Origin: an uncultured Chloroflexia bacterium
GTDB taxonomy: Bacteria; Chloroflexota; Anaerolineae; Anaerolineales; UBA4823
Length of the DNA: 64,000 nucleotides
Direction of reading: 5' to 3'
NCBI GenBank assembly: GCA_963726315.1
Contig: CAVSBZ010000002.1
Location: 181,960 to 245,959 of the forward strand
Under the pieces are notes generated by a model that worked only from the letters and a program-made list of their open reading frames with translations, was not told where the DNA came from and searched no databases. Positions 1 to 10,188 of the stretch are shown here, one piece after another (position 1 is the first letter of the stretch; the number at the start of each line of letters is the position of its first letter). A program made the translations under genes and the position numbers.

Positions 1-573
1 GAGATCGGCCAGCGCATCGTCAATGCCTCCCCTGCCGGTACCCTCCCCTACCAGTACGCCTACCACCTGCTTGCCGACCCGCAGACCGTCAACGCCTTCG
101 CTCTACCCGGCGGGCAGATATTCATCACCCGCGCCCTCTACGACCTGCTGCAGACTGATGATGAGCTTGCCAGCGTTCTTGGTCACGAAACCGGGCATGT
201 CGTTGCCCGCCATTCCGCCGAACAGATTGCCAAATCCCAGCTCACCCAGGGTATTACCGGCGCCGCCGTCATCGCTGCCTGCGACCCCAACAACCCCAAC
301 GGCTGCATCGCTGCTTCCGAGCTGGCTGCAGTTGTCGGAAACCTCATCGATATGAAATACAGCCGATCTGACGAAACCGAAGCCGATTGGTTGGGAGTCT
401 GCTTCATGAACGACAGTGGTTATGACACCCAGGATATGGTTAAGGTCATGCAGATCCTGGATTCACTTAGCCAGGGACAGCAACCCCCCGAATTCCTCAG
501 CTCGCACCCCGATCCCGGCAACCGCATCCTCGCCATCCAGACCGATATCCAGAACATCGATCAGTGCCCATAG
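1..573 (+). CDS. M48-family zinc metallopeptidase (5'-truncated by window edge)
   Basis: Frame 1 is open from base 1: ...VNAFALPGGQIFITRAL...ELASVLGHETGHVVARH (HExxH)...YSRSDETEAD...FLSSHPDP; it includes the 352..573 ORF. Confidence 0.9.
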   Translation, partial: EIGQRIVNASPAGTLPYQYAYHLLADPQTVNAFALPGGQIFITRALYDLLQTDDELASVLGHETGHVVARHSAEQIAKSQLTQGITGAAVIAACDPNNPNGCIAASELAAVVGNLIDMKYSRSDETEADWLGVCFMNDSGYDTQDMVKVMQILDSLSQGQQPPEFLSSHPDPGNRILAIQTDIQNIDQCP

Positions 574-856
574 AGACCCCCGTGTTGGGCTGTGATACCA
601 CTTCGTCGAAGTGGGACTTGCTACGCACACCCAGCTGCCGTTCATGTAAACAATTGGGTTGCTGTGTTCCATAAACTGTTAAGCCACCAAATCACAGCTA
701 ACCACTTCGTATCGGTTAGCCGGTTTGGTCAGTACTTTTTTGGAGGTAAATCGGTTTTTGGCGAAAGAATAGAAAACAGGGTCAGATGGCCTGTAGGTAA
801 AAGCGCAATTGATATATAGTCAAAGCGATTGCCGATCTTGGTCTCGGGTATCATGA

Positions 857-1780
857 ATGAGAATAGCATCAATGACTAAACTATTTCGAGTGGCTCGGAT
901 TCAATTCTTGATTTGCGGAATGGCGCTTTTCGCGTTTGGAGCTCTTTGGGCAGTTCTATTAGGAGCTCCTGTTTATCTATCAAGGATACTCCTTGGTTAC
1001 CTGGTCCTTCTACCGGCCCATCTTTCCATTTCCTACAGCAACGACTATTTCGACATTGATGTAGACAAGTACGACAAACCCACCATCTTCAGCGGAGGAA
1101 GTGGCGTTTTGGTGGATAATCCCGGATTGAGAATACCTGCCAAATGGATTGCGATAACCCTGATCTTGTGCTCCCTGGCACTCGGAATTGTGTTTCAAAT
1201 TCTGTACTCATTTCCGATCTGGTTCTTGGGTATTGTTTTATTGGGCAATCTATTAGGCTGGTTTTACTCCGCGCCACCTATAAGGCTTGCTTACCGCGGT
1301 TTAGGTGAATTGTCGATGGCCATTTCCATCGGCTTGCTAATCCCGGGATTTGGATATCTGGTAACAAGTGGGCAAATTAATATGGATGGATTGCTTTTTA
1401 TCATACCCCTTACGCTGTATGGTTTAGCATTCATTCTAAATGTTGAGATACCGGATATGGAATCAGACCGTTTGGGCAATAAGAGGACATGGGTAGCTCG
1501 AAAGGGTCGGGGCTTTGGTTTCACTGTAATAGCAGCGTCATTTCTCCTGGCAACATTATTCTTCTTGTGTTTTCCATGGTTATCCTCCCGGAACTATCCA
1601 TTGGAATTTCGTATTCTGGGAATTCTGTCTTTAATGCCTCTTGCAGCAGGCTGCATTGGTCTGCTTAGGAGACCAGTTGAGAAACAACTGGCTACCCAGG
1701 TTGTTAATGGGATCATGATAGCTATTGCAGCTTTCTGTTTCTTAGTAGATGGGTATTTTGTTTATCTGGTCTTCAATTAA
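857..1780 (+). CDS. menA: UbiA/MenA-family prenyltransferase (1,4-dihydroxy-2-naphthoate prenyltransferase-like)
   Basis: NDYFDxxxD, GGSG, YSAPP.RLAYRGLGE and D.ESD...KRT motifs; multiple TM helices. Confidence 0.75.
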   Translation: MRIASMTKLFRVARIQFLICGMALFAFGALWAVLLGAPVYLSRILLGYLVLLPAHLSISYSNDYFDIDVDKYDKPTIFSGGSGVLVDNPGLRIPAKWIAITLILCSLALGIVFQILYSFPIWFLGIVLLGNLLGWFYSAPPIRLAYRGLGELSMAISIGLLIPGFGYLVTSGQINMDGLLFIIPLTLYGLAFILNVEIPDMESDRLGNKRTWVARKGRGFGFTVIAASFLLATLFFLCFPWLSSRNYPLEFRILGILSLMPLAAGCIGLLRRPVEKQLATQVVNGIMIAIAAFCFLVDGYFVYLVFN

Positions 1781-2662
1781 AAGCGTCAGTAAGGATATAG
1801 AAAAAATGTGGGAGTTGGAGAGAGAATAAAGCTCCCTGGTTAGGCGCTAATTTGCCGGTCATTTCAAGTTTTTTATGTAAGGCTCTTGTTTCTCAGCCAC
1901 AGCGGAGGCGCATTACTCGTGGCCCACTGCGGACCATTGATCAACACGACCAACTTGATAATCATCAGCGCCATGAAAAGAACGTGCGAGAGCAGGCGTT
2001 CCTGCGCGAACACGTAACCCAACAACGCCTCCACCGGGTAGTTGTTTCTCCGCTCGAGCATGAAGCCGCTGTCCACATCCATGAGAGCCTCAGGCGATTC
2101 TTAGGCGAAAGATAAAATCTCACTTTGTGGGTTTTCGGAATTTTAGAAACTCCCTGTCAATCGTCCTTATTCGCGGCCGGCAGGGAGACAGTGTTCGTGT
2201 CGTAGCACCAGATTATTATTCCTGACTGTTTCAAATAATCTATCCATAAGCGAGGTGCGGTGCTTGACATTACCCGTAATAATCGCGGATGATTCCTCCC
2301 AGGAAATCTATTCTACGAATCGATCCTCTGGTATTCCTTTCTGGTGAGAAATAGAAAAGCCCTGACTCATGCCAAGCTGTTCGGGGGGAATAGTCGAAGT
2401 ATTAAGCATATTCATTTAGAAAATGTAGAAGGTGGTTTTCCTTTCCGTTTGAAGCTTCACTTACAACCGACGAGTTCTTGACACCCAATTTCCTTGTGAC
2501 GCTTTTGAGACTCAATACCTCTATACTGTTGTTAATTGAGCGGAGGACATAAACCCCTCACGCAGTCACAAGAATTAAACCTAAACCTGGAACGGTAGCT
2601 CAATTTTCAATTGATTTCATGACTGCGTAGCCACTAATAGATCATTCAATAGGAGGCGTTTT

Positions 2663-3226
2663 GTGGATACTACATTAATCGTTATCATCGTCGTTGTGGT
2701 AGTGGTGATTATAGGTGTCATATTAGGTCTGATTTTCTCTCGCCGTAATCGTTCGAAACAGCTCCAAGAAAAATTCGGACCTGAGTACGATCACGCTGTA
2801 GAGACCTTGGGTAGCGAGAAGAAAGCACAAACGGAGCTGAATGAGCGTCAGAAGCATGTTGAAGCTCTGAATATTCGTCCACTTTCGGTTAGCGAGCATG
2901 ATCGATATCTGGCCGAATGGACCGCTGTACAGTCCAAATTTGTCGACGAACCAGGACAGGCGATCGTTGATGCTGATCGCCTGATCATGGAAGTCATGCA
3001 GATTCGTGGTTACCCTGTATCTGATTTTGAGCAGCGGGTGGCCGATATCTCGGTTAAATATCCTGCTTTAGTGACCAATTACCGCGGTGCGCGGGAGATA
3101 GCAAACAAAAATAAGCTGGGACAGGCAAATACAGAAGAATTAAGGCAGGCAATGATTTATTACCGGTCTCTGTTTGAGGAACTCCTCAAAATAGAACCAG
3201 TCGTTGGAGAGGGAAAAAAGGTATGA
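2663..3226 (+). CDS. Membrane-anchored hypothetical protein (KFVDEP...LR.A...YR domain)
   Basis: GGAGG RBS, GTG start, N-terminal TM helix; domain shared with the next gene. Confidence 0.8.
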   Translation: MDTTLIVIIVVVVVVIIGVILGLIFSRRNRSKQLQEKFGPEYDHAVETLGSEKKAQTELNERQKHVEALNIRPLSVSEHDRYLAEWTAVQSKFVDEPGQAIVDADRLIMEVMQIRGYPVSDFEQRVADISVKYPALVTNYRGAREIANKNKLGQANTEELRQAMIYYRSLFEELLKIEPVVGEGKKV

Positions 3227-3819
3227 ATGATCAATTTGGAAACCCAGATATGGTTGAGAGAACCGATAAGGATATGAACATTCCGGATGTAAACTCAGAT
3301 CCTTTTAATGATAATGTTCCGGTGGATGCGTCTCTTATCCACGAGGCGACATGGAGCGAGACAGATATCCACGAAACGGCGAAGGTAGAGAAGATTGACC
3401 AAGAGATGCCGAAGGGCGAGACTATAGTCCATGAAACGCCGATGGACGTGACGATTGCCCACGAGACGCCGATGGGTGAGACGATTGTCCACGAGACGCA
3501 AATGAGTGAGACGATTGCCCATGAAGCACCTGCCGTCACGAATGTCAGTTCATCGGCATCTCTGCTTAACCGTGAGGAATCAGAGCTTTTTCGCACGCGC
3601 TGGAATGAGATCCAGGGCAAGTTTGTCGATGAACCACGTGCAGCTGTCCAACTGGCCGATGGGTTGGTGTCTGAAGTGGTCGAAAAAATCACCCAAATGT
3701 TTACCAACGAACATAGCTCCCTGGAGAGTCAGTGGAAACAGGGCAATGATGTCTCTACTGAAGACCTTCGCAAAGCCTTGCAGCACTACCGCTCATTCTT
3801 CAACCGGTTGGTGGGTTGA
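3223..3819 (+). CDS. Hypothetical protein with His-containing 10-aa repeats and a C-terminal KFVDEP domain
   Basis: ATGA overlap with the upstream gene; ETIVHETPMx repeats; paralogous C-terminal domain. Confidence 0.8.
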   Translation: MNDQFGNPDMVERTDKDMNIPDVNSDPFNDNVPVDASLIHEATWSETDIHETAKVEKIDQEMPKGETIVHETPMDVTIAHETPMGETIVHETQMSETIAHEAPAVTNVSSSASLLNREESELFRTRWNEIQGKFVDEPRAAVQLADGLVSEVVEKITQMFTNEHSSLESQWKQGNDVSTEDLRKALQHYRSFFNRLVG

Positions 3820-3861
3820 GTAGAAGAGTTTAACAAAGATCCTTAATTACTCTTGATTGCA

Positions 3862-3900
3862 AAATGACCTGACCCTCTGGTTTTGTGGGTCAGGTCATTT
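3862..3900. terminator. Intrinsic terminator-like hairpin
   Basis: aaatgacctgaccc / gggtcaggtcattt 14-bp inverted repeat downstream of the operon. Confidence 0.7.
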
Positions 3901-4069
3901 CTAAGGATTCTTTTGTTAGACGATATTGGCGGTAGTTCAATTGAGAACCATATCCAAATCCACGAAACTTACACAAAATCAGTCGTGTTTTTCGTGGATA
4001 TTTTTATTACAAATTACCAGTAGCGGAGTTTTGATTTCATCTTGTAATGTTTGACAAAGGAGTATAGCC

Positions 4070-4540
4070 ATGAATGCTAACCAACCCTGGGAGTTTACCT
4101 GTAAAACATGTGGCGATCATAAATTGAACGTTACTCGCACCTGGACTATACTTGCTGGCCCGTTAAGTGAATGCTGGCAGGAGTGGGGACCGCTCGAGGC
4201 TGACCATCGCTGGCATTATGAATTTAAAGAAAGGGTGGAGGAAAAACCAGACAAAGAAGCTGAACTGGGGGATTTCGGTGAATTTACAGAAGATGACTCT
4301 GCTTCTGAACCGGAAGATTATGAAATATTCGAATCGGCGAACGACCCGGAAAGTGACGAGTTTTATGTGAATTGCGCAAACTGCGATCGTGAGATCGAAT
4401 TTGGCTGGGGACAGCCCAACCGTGGTGGGCGAATATTCCCTGCGGAATGTTCAGACTTCATTCCAGGGAAATACTGGCCGGAACCCAGATATTTGAATGC
4501 CTGGATTCAGAAGCATTGGCTCCGAACGGATAATCCCTAG
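4070..4540 (+). CDS. Hypothetical protein with two CxxC pairs (putative zinc ribbon) and an acidic insert
   Basis: AAGGAG RBS; CKTC...CANC. Confidence 0.7.
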   Translation: MNANQPWEFTCKTCGDHKLNVTRTWTILAGPLSECWQEWGPLEADHRWHYEFKERVEEKPDKEAELGDFGEFTEDDSASEPEDYEIFESANDPESDEFYVNCANCDREIEFGWGQPNRGGRIFPAECSDFIPGKYWPEPRYLNAWIQKHWLRTDNP

Positions 4541-4684
4541 CCATAACTATTGACCATATCGATATCCTCCACGCCAATTATTAGCAATTATCCGTGACAA
4601 CCTCTCGCAAACGCGTGACGTTTTTGCCTGAGGATAGAGGATTAAGCCAAGAGGTTTTAAACCCTGGGCATTAATGGAGGTTTC

Positions 4685-4942
4685 ATGTCTGAAAACAATA
4701 ATGTAGTCGAGATGCATGGCTGCATCGTATGCGCCCGTATATTCAACATCCTTGCCGTATACACAACGGATGGCAGGCTGGTGGACTGTACCGTGACCAG
4801 TCCTGGCGGTCACTGCTTGCCGGATGAACGACGGCCTCTGGTTGCCTGCGATACCCACACACCAGGGGAAATTGAGACTGCATATAAAAAATGGAAATCC
4901 AGGACGGTCGATGAGTTAAACGATGAAAAAGATAACGAATGA
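4685..4942 (+). CDS. Small Cys/His-rich hypothetical protein
   Basis: GGAGG RBS; CIVC...C...C...CxxH; 11 bp upstream of the J-domain gene. Confidence 0.7.
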   Translation: MSENNNVVEMHGCIVCARIFNILAVYTTDGRLVDCTVTSPGGHCLPDERRPLVACDTHTPGEIETAYKKWKSRTVDELNDEKDNE

Positions 4943-4953
4943 GACGGTGACCG

Positions 4954-5910
4954 ATGGACTATAAGGATTATTATCAAATATTGCGAGTGGCACCCGACGC
5001 AGAAAAGAAGGTTATTAAGCAAACTTACCGCGAGTTGGCAAAAAAGTATCATCCTGATGTGAACCCGGGCAATAAAGAAGCAGAAGAGAGATTCAAGACG
5101 ATTAATGAGGCTTACCAGGTTCTATCGGATGCAGTGAAGCGCAAGAAGTATGATGCGCTTCGGGCTCAGTACCAGCACTGGCAGCAGACAGGTGGTCGTC
5201 AACAGGATTTCGACTGGCAAAACTGGTCAGCCCAACCTGGTCAGGGTGTACACGTACAATACGCCAGTCCCGAAGACCTGGAAGACCTCTTTGGGAGCGC
5301 ATCACCGTATTCCGACTTCTTCAACAATATCTTTGGCCAGGTGCGTGGGCGCGGCAGGAGCAGTAGCCGCGGCACTGCACCTAGTCCGCGCCGCGGAAGA
5401 AATGTCGAGTACGAACTCGATCTCACCCTGGAAGAGGCTTATCATGGTACAGATCGCTTGTTGGAAATTGATGGGCATCGTATCCAGGCCATTATTCCAC
5501 CTGGCGTGCGCACTGGTTCGCGAGTTCGTCTGTCAGGGCAGGGAGAACCGGGTCACAACAATGGGCCGGCTGGAGATCTGTATTTGATCGTGCACATCTT
5601 ACCCGATGAAACCTTCGAGAGAGAAGGAGATGACTTGCACATTGACGTGCCAGTCGATATCTTTACCGCAGTTGCGGGTGGTGAAACCCAAATACCTACC
5701 CTGGATAGGCCGCTGATATTGAAAATCCCACCTCGCACCAACGCCAGGCGCAGTTTCCGCCTGCGTGGCAAGGGCATGCCACACCTGGGTGATCCCAATA
5801 CTCATGGTGACTTGTTTGCCTTGGTAAGGTTAGTGCTGCCCGAACCTCTGACAGACAAGGAGGTCAATAGCATCCGCGAGTTGGCCTCTTCCCGGGCAAA
5901 ACACTCATAA
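4954..5910 (+). CDS. cbpA: Class II J-domain protein (CbpA/DnaJ-like, no zinc finger)
   Basis: MDYKDYY...KYHPDVN (HPD), G/F-rich linker, DnaJ_C domain (IPPGVRTGSRVRLSGQG, GDLY, LRGKGMP). Confidence 0.85.
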   Translation: MDYKDYYQILRVAPDAEKKVIKQTYRELAKKYHPDVNPGNKEAEERFKTINEAYQVLSDAVKRKKYDALRAQYQHWQQTGGRQQDFDWQNWSAQPGQGVHVQYASPEDLEDLFGSASPYSDFFNNIFGQVRGRGRSSSRGTAPSPRRGRNVEYELDLTLEEAYHGTDRLLEIDGHRIQAIIPPGVRTGSRVRLSGQGEPGHNNGPAGDLYLIVHILPDETFEREGDDLHIDVPVDIFTAVAGGETQIPTLDRPLILKIPPRTNARRSFRLRGKGMPHLGDPNTHGDLFALVRLVLPEPLTDKEVNSIRELASSRAKHS

Positions 5911-5934
5911 TTGCAACCCAAATGAGGTAATGGA

Positions 5935-6216
5935 ATGATTCCCGAAAATACATCCCCAAAACGGTATTGGTATGATCCTTATGAAGACTATGAATCACGC
6001 AGTAAGCGGCGATTACAGGACGACCTGGGTGTTGACGAGACTGCTGCTGAGGCAATCCTGCACCTGCGTCAGCAGGTCATTGAATTACAGTCTAAGATTT
6101 GCAAGTTGGAAGCCGAGCTCGCCGCTCAGTATGCCAGTCAGCATATGCGTCTATCTCGTTACCGAGAAGGCTATTTCGAGGCCACCTGGATCGAAGTGGA
6201 AATTCAGGAAGGATAA
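5935..6216 (+). CDS. CbpM-like chaperone modulator (MerR-like fold)
   Basis: RRLQDDLGVDE...ILHLRQQV coiled coil, directly downstream of the CbpA-like gene. Confidence 0.6.
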   Translation: MIPENTSPKRYWYDPYEDYESRSKRRLQDDLGVDETAAEAILHLRQQVIELQSKICKLEAELAAQYASQHMRLSRYREGYFEATWIEVEIQEG

Positions 6217-6495
6217 CAGCCTGGCGATATTAATTAGGAAATATCTAACTTCATACCTATCCGGACACATATTGATTTAAAAATGTCTCCCCATGCTTCT
6301 TTATGGTTACATCCTTCCTCGCTAACCAAGATGTTATAAATATGTATAGTTTTCAGTAAAACCATCCAAAATTTACATCAATCTTCTTCTGCATCAATTT
6401 ACCAGTTCAATATGCGCATATATATTCAGCCCTCCAAAATTACATTGCCTATTTGATCCTGTTTGAAATACAGCGATCAAACATCTCTCCTACTC

Positions 6496-6681
6496 GGACA
6501 GGGCTGCGGGTCGCCTTTCCTTGCTTCAGTCAGTGGTGCAGTAGTGGCGTAATTCAGGTAACACTGCATGGAAAATATGGACATATTGGGCAATTTAATC
6601 ACCATATATAGGGCATCAACGGCCACGAGTTTTAATCACTTGGTTCATGATTGCATGGGTTCAAGTCCTTCGTGGGTTACC
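6496..6681 (+). mobile_element. Putative integrative-element end relic: conserved motif plus degenerate tRNA-Lys 3' half
   Basis: ggacagggctgcgggtcgcctttccttgcttc (also at 29053 and partly at 57084), then ttttaatcacttgg...gggttcaagtccttcgtgggttacc. Confidence 0.45.
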
Positions 6682-7589
6682 TAATAAACAGGATAATTTG
6701 TTAACAATACCTCCTGTTGCCAGATATGGGGGTATTGTTGTTGGAACAGCGGTTTACTGCACCGGAGATCTCGATCTTTGTCAATCTTGTCGATGTTTAC
6801 CAGGCGTTGATCTGAGGAAGTTGGGTCGTTTTTACTGAGTTGGTCAGTATTTTGCTGTAAATCTGATAGTGTGCTTTCCAATGAGCTGGTTGTGCTTCCA
6901 TCCGCACCCGTTGTCTGTTGGACACTGTTCAGTAGTCCCAAGCTGCTACCAACACCCAGCGTAATCGCATTTACATTGTTATTCAAACCCTGCTGATTTT
7001 GTTGGCTTGCACTTTCATCCCCGCTTTGAACAGCCTGACGTAACGCTTCCGTATTTTGATGAGCAAGTTGCAGATCGTTACTGAGGCTGGCCGATTCTTG
7101 CTGCCCATTTGATGTGATTGAAACTAATACTACCCGATTTACTGCGTCCACAAAAACTGCACCAATATATTGGATATACGACACCTGGACAGGATCAATC
7201 TCGCTGTAATAGAAAGTAAAAACAGCTTGATGATTAGACAGGATGGTGTTGTAAGCATTTTGAGGCGCTACGATCACCAGATCAACTTCCCCCCGGCGCA
7301 GCCTGTCGAGCGCCTCAACCTGATTATTCGAAGCACCCGCATAGACTAGCTCTGGTTCCATCATTTTTGAGTATTGTGGGAAGTTTTGGGCAAAGGAGCT
7401 GCCCTGCTTTGCAACAAACAAGGTCCGCAAAGGTCTCGTTTGGTTGTGGTAGCCAATCCCAAAAAGGAACAGGATTAAAAATGGTCCAAGAACCAGGGTT
7501 ATGATCAGGCGAGGTTGGCGAAGAATATCAAATATCTCTTTTCGAAAAAAAGCCGAAGCCCGAATAATGCTGCGAAAAAATTTACCCAT
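6681..7589 (-). pseudogene. ABC-2 type transporter permease, 3'-truncated
   Basis: Typical N-terminus (RKE...RQPR...LVLGPFLILFLFGIGY) but only one TM helix; runs into unrelated sequence near 6770 and lacks the C-terminal TM bundle. Confidence 0.65.
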
Positions 7590-8568
7590 TCTTTACCTCC
7601 GAACGCACTAGTTCCACGAAAACGTCTTCGAAGGGAGGCGTGTACTGCTCGAGAGCTTCAACACGTACGTTGTTCAGTGGTGCCCATTCCATGAGATCAG
7701 GGATTGCCGTACTGGCCTCGTTGACGATAATGCGAATACTGTTTGGGCCGGTACGGATAGTTTTCAGACTTAATGAGGTCAGAAGTTGCTCAGTGTGATA
7801 ATCGATAGTTTCCGAAGCGCGCATATCGATAATATCCCCCCCAAAAGCGTGATGCCTCAGCCCACGGGGTGTATCAACCAAAAGTAGCCTCCCATTTGAC
7901 ATAACCCCTACGAGATCGCAGTTATCCGCCTCGTTGACATATTGCGTGGTAATAAACAGGGTCCGTCCCTGATTTTGCAAACCTTTGAAGTGTTCCCAGA
8001 ATTTTTGCCGTAAGATAGGGTCAATCCCCGCGGTCGGCTCGTCTAAAAATAACAATTCGGGTTCATGTATTAGTGCGGCTGCCAGGCTTAATCGCCGCTG
8101 CATACCCCCTGAAATATTACGGGTCAGTTTGTGGCGGTGTTCATAAAGCTCAACGAATTCGAGGATTTGCTTCAGTCGACTGGTACGAACCAAACTCATT
8201 CCATAAAGGGAAGCGGCGAAGTTTATGTTTTCCCAGACGGTCAAGTTTGGGTAAAGCACGAATAGTTGGGGCATATAGCCAATCCTCGCTCGCTGATCCT
8301 GGTTAAATTTCGATGGATCGATGTCCAATATTGAGATAGCGCCCTCGGTGGGAGCATAGATGCCAGTCAGCAGCCGTACTGTTGTGGTTTTCCCTGATCC
8401 GCTGGGTCCGATAAAACCAAAGATCGAAGCCCGCGGCACATCGAAACTGACCTCCCTGACTGCGAGCTCATCCCCAAAATTTTTCGTTACATTTTTTACG
8501 CTGATAACCGAGTTTGTTACTGGAATCGTTAGCCTGTTACCGTTATCACTGGTGTTAATCATAGCCAA
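7582..8568 (-). CDS. ABC transporter ATP-binding protein (exporter type)
   Basis: GPSGSGKTT, ISGGMQRR, LLFLDEPTAG. Confidence 0.93.
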   Translation of the reverse strand: MAMINTSDNGNRLTIPVTNSVISVKNVTKNFGDELAVREVSFDVPRASIFGFIGPSGSGKTTTVRLLTGIYAPTEGAISILDIDPSKFNQDQRARIGYMPQLFVLYPNLTVWENINFAASLYGMSLVRTSRLKQILEFVELYEHRHKLTRNISGGMQRRLSLAAALIHEPELLFLDEPTAGIDPILRQKFWEHFKGLQNQGRTLFITTQYVNEADNCDLVGVMSNGRLLLVDTPRGLRHHAFGGDIIDMRASETIDYHTEQLLTSLSLKTIRTGPNSIRIIVNEASTAIPDLMEWAPLNNVRVEALEQYTPPFEDVFVELVRSEVKNG

Positions 8569-9081
8569 ATTCTCTCCAATTGGGCCCAGTGTCTATCCCT
8601 GGTTCACATTCCTCGATAATAATTCACTTCGCTCTTTATTCTCAATGTGGGCGATTAGCCATTATTATGGTTGCCCAGCCAGATTAATTTCAAGGTAAGG
8701 TTAACCCCACACCTATCAAAAAAATCCAAATGAAACCTATAAAATTTCTATATATAACCGACCATATCTGCCTGTGTCTTTATATTTATAGCGGCGATGC
8801 GTAGAGCCAACAATCATGAATTGTGATCAACTCAGGTCTTTTCGGTAAGTATCTCAATCTCCAGGTCAGTAATAGAGCTTGTTGAAAAATGATCTTTTAA
8901 ATTCAAAGTGATGAATTAAACGTAAAAACTTGCGAACCAGCAGGTTTTCTAGAGGGCGTGGATCGGATCGAAGTTACGCCTTCTTTGGGCGCCCGCGACG
9001 GGGCTGATGACTCCTCCCCTCAATCTACTCTCTGATCGGGTGGAGGCCAGGTTCCCCCTGGTTTTGGGGAGTTGGTAGGGG

Positions 9082-9213
9082 TGTCTCCGCTGAAGACCGC
9101 GTACGAACTATAGCCCCCTCGCCAAAACTAACCCCCTTCACGGGTACCCGCGGCGGATACGCGGTGTTTATAAGCTAAAAGCTAACGACTAATTGCTGTT
9201 CTTCTGGCGGGGA
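9082..9213 (-). repeat. Degenerate copy of the terminal unit of the tRNA-Ser-linked array (possible distal att site)
   Basis: tgtctccg..cgaactatagcccc..ctaacccccttcacgggtacccgcggcgga..cttctggcgggga matches 29732-29841. Confidence 0.7.
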
Positions 9214-9250
9214 CGTCAGGTCCCCTACCCGCAGTTGGGTAAACGTAAAC

Positions 9251-9278
9251 AGCCCTTCTCTCCATGGAGAGGGCTTTT
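9251..9278. terminator. Terminator-like hairpin
   Basis: agccct-t-ctctccatggagag-ggct followed by a T run. Confidence 0.45.
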
Positions 9279-10188
9279 ATTAATGATTCTATGTTTAGTC
9301 GTTTAATGTGATTGTATTGCGTCATTTAACGAAAGTCGAAGGGCAGATGTCCCGTGTTGATGGGGACAACTATCCCGAACATTCGTTGATAATCTGAAAC
9401 ATCATCGGTGACTTTTATCTCCCCCTTATATAGCGCAGCCTTCTGACGAGATCGGATGGAATATTGCACTATACACGTTATTTTTGCACAGAAGATTGCC
9501 AAAGAAAGCATCAGAGCTGCATTACATACCCGCGTGAAAGCCTTCAAATCCGAACTTGGCAATTGGCTAGCGAATGGTTCTTCCCAACCCTCGATGCAAT
9601 CCATATCGAGGCAATATCGTGGGAGACACTTTTTAGCTCTATCGAATCAAACGGTCCGGAGGTTTTCCATTCCTTAAAAATGTTCTATGAGCGCTGCTTA
9701 ATTTATAACTGACCGGGAGTTCAGCTTGTATCCGCCTAGCAGTTCCAAATGGAACCATATCCAGCATACCAAACATCTGTTTTTCCAGTCTGCTGCACAA
9801 ATAACTGAACACAACTTGAATTACTACGTGATGTTAGAACCCGTCTTGCCCGCCGAGTTATGTGAGATTTTGTAGACGCTTCTCTAAGCCCCAGGGCTGA
9901 TGGCTCGAGGCCATTAGGAAGGTATAAACTGTGAAGGAGTGCATCATGCCAAATGAGTCGATTTTGGTGTAACTTGCACCTTTAACCTAGAAAATAGAGA
10001 ATATCGCTACCGATGCCTTAGCCAAGATTATTTCGCACCCTGATTTGGTTGGCCAAGATGCCGAAGGTCGTTACCTTCTAATTGTTATGCTAAATCTAAA
10101 ATATATATTTCTTTCCATGATCCTTGCTATAGCGTGGTATATTTACCACACTTATTGACTGGCCAAGAATAGTCGTTGTTATCCTAGT

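Noticed and set aside
1852-2420. Small ORFs or a pseudogene between menA and 2663
   Set aside because: No convincing RBS or family motif on either strand
2561-2628. Leader RNA structure (cgcagtca...tgactgcg) upstream of 2663
   Set aside because: A single 8-9 bp long-range stem with no recognisable riboswitch features; could be chance
9326-9712. Integrase or transposase remnant at the island's left end
   Set aside because: Short ORFs show no recognisable tyrosine/serine recombinase or DDE motifs; cannot be supported without a search
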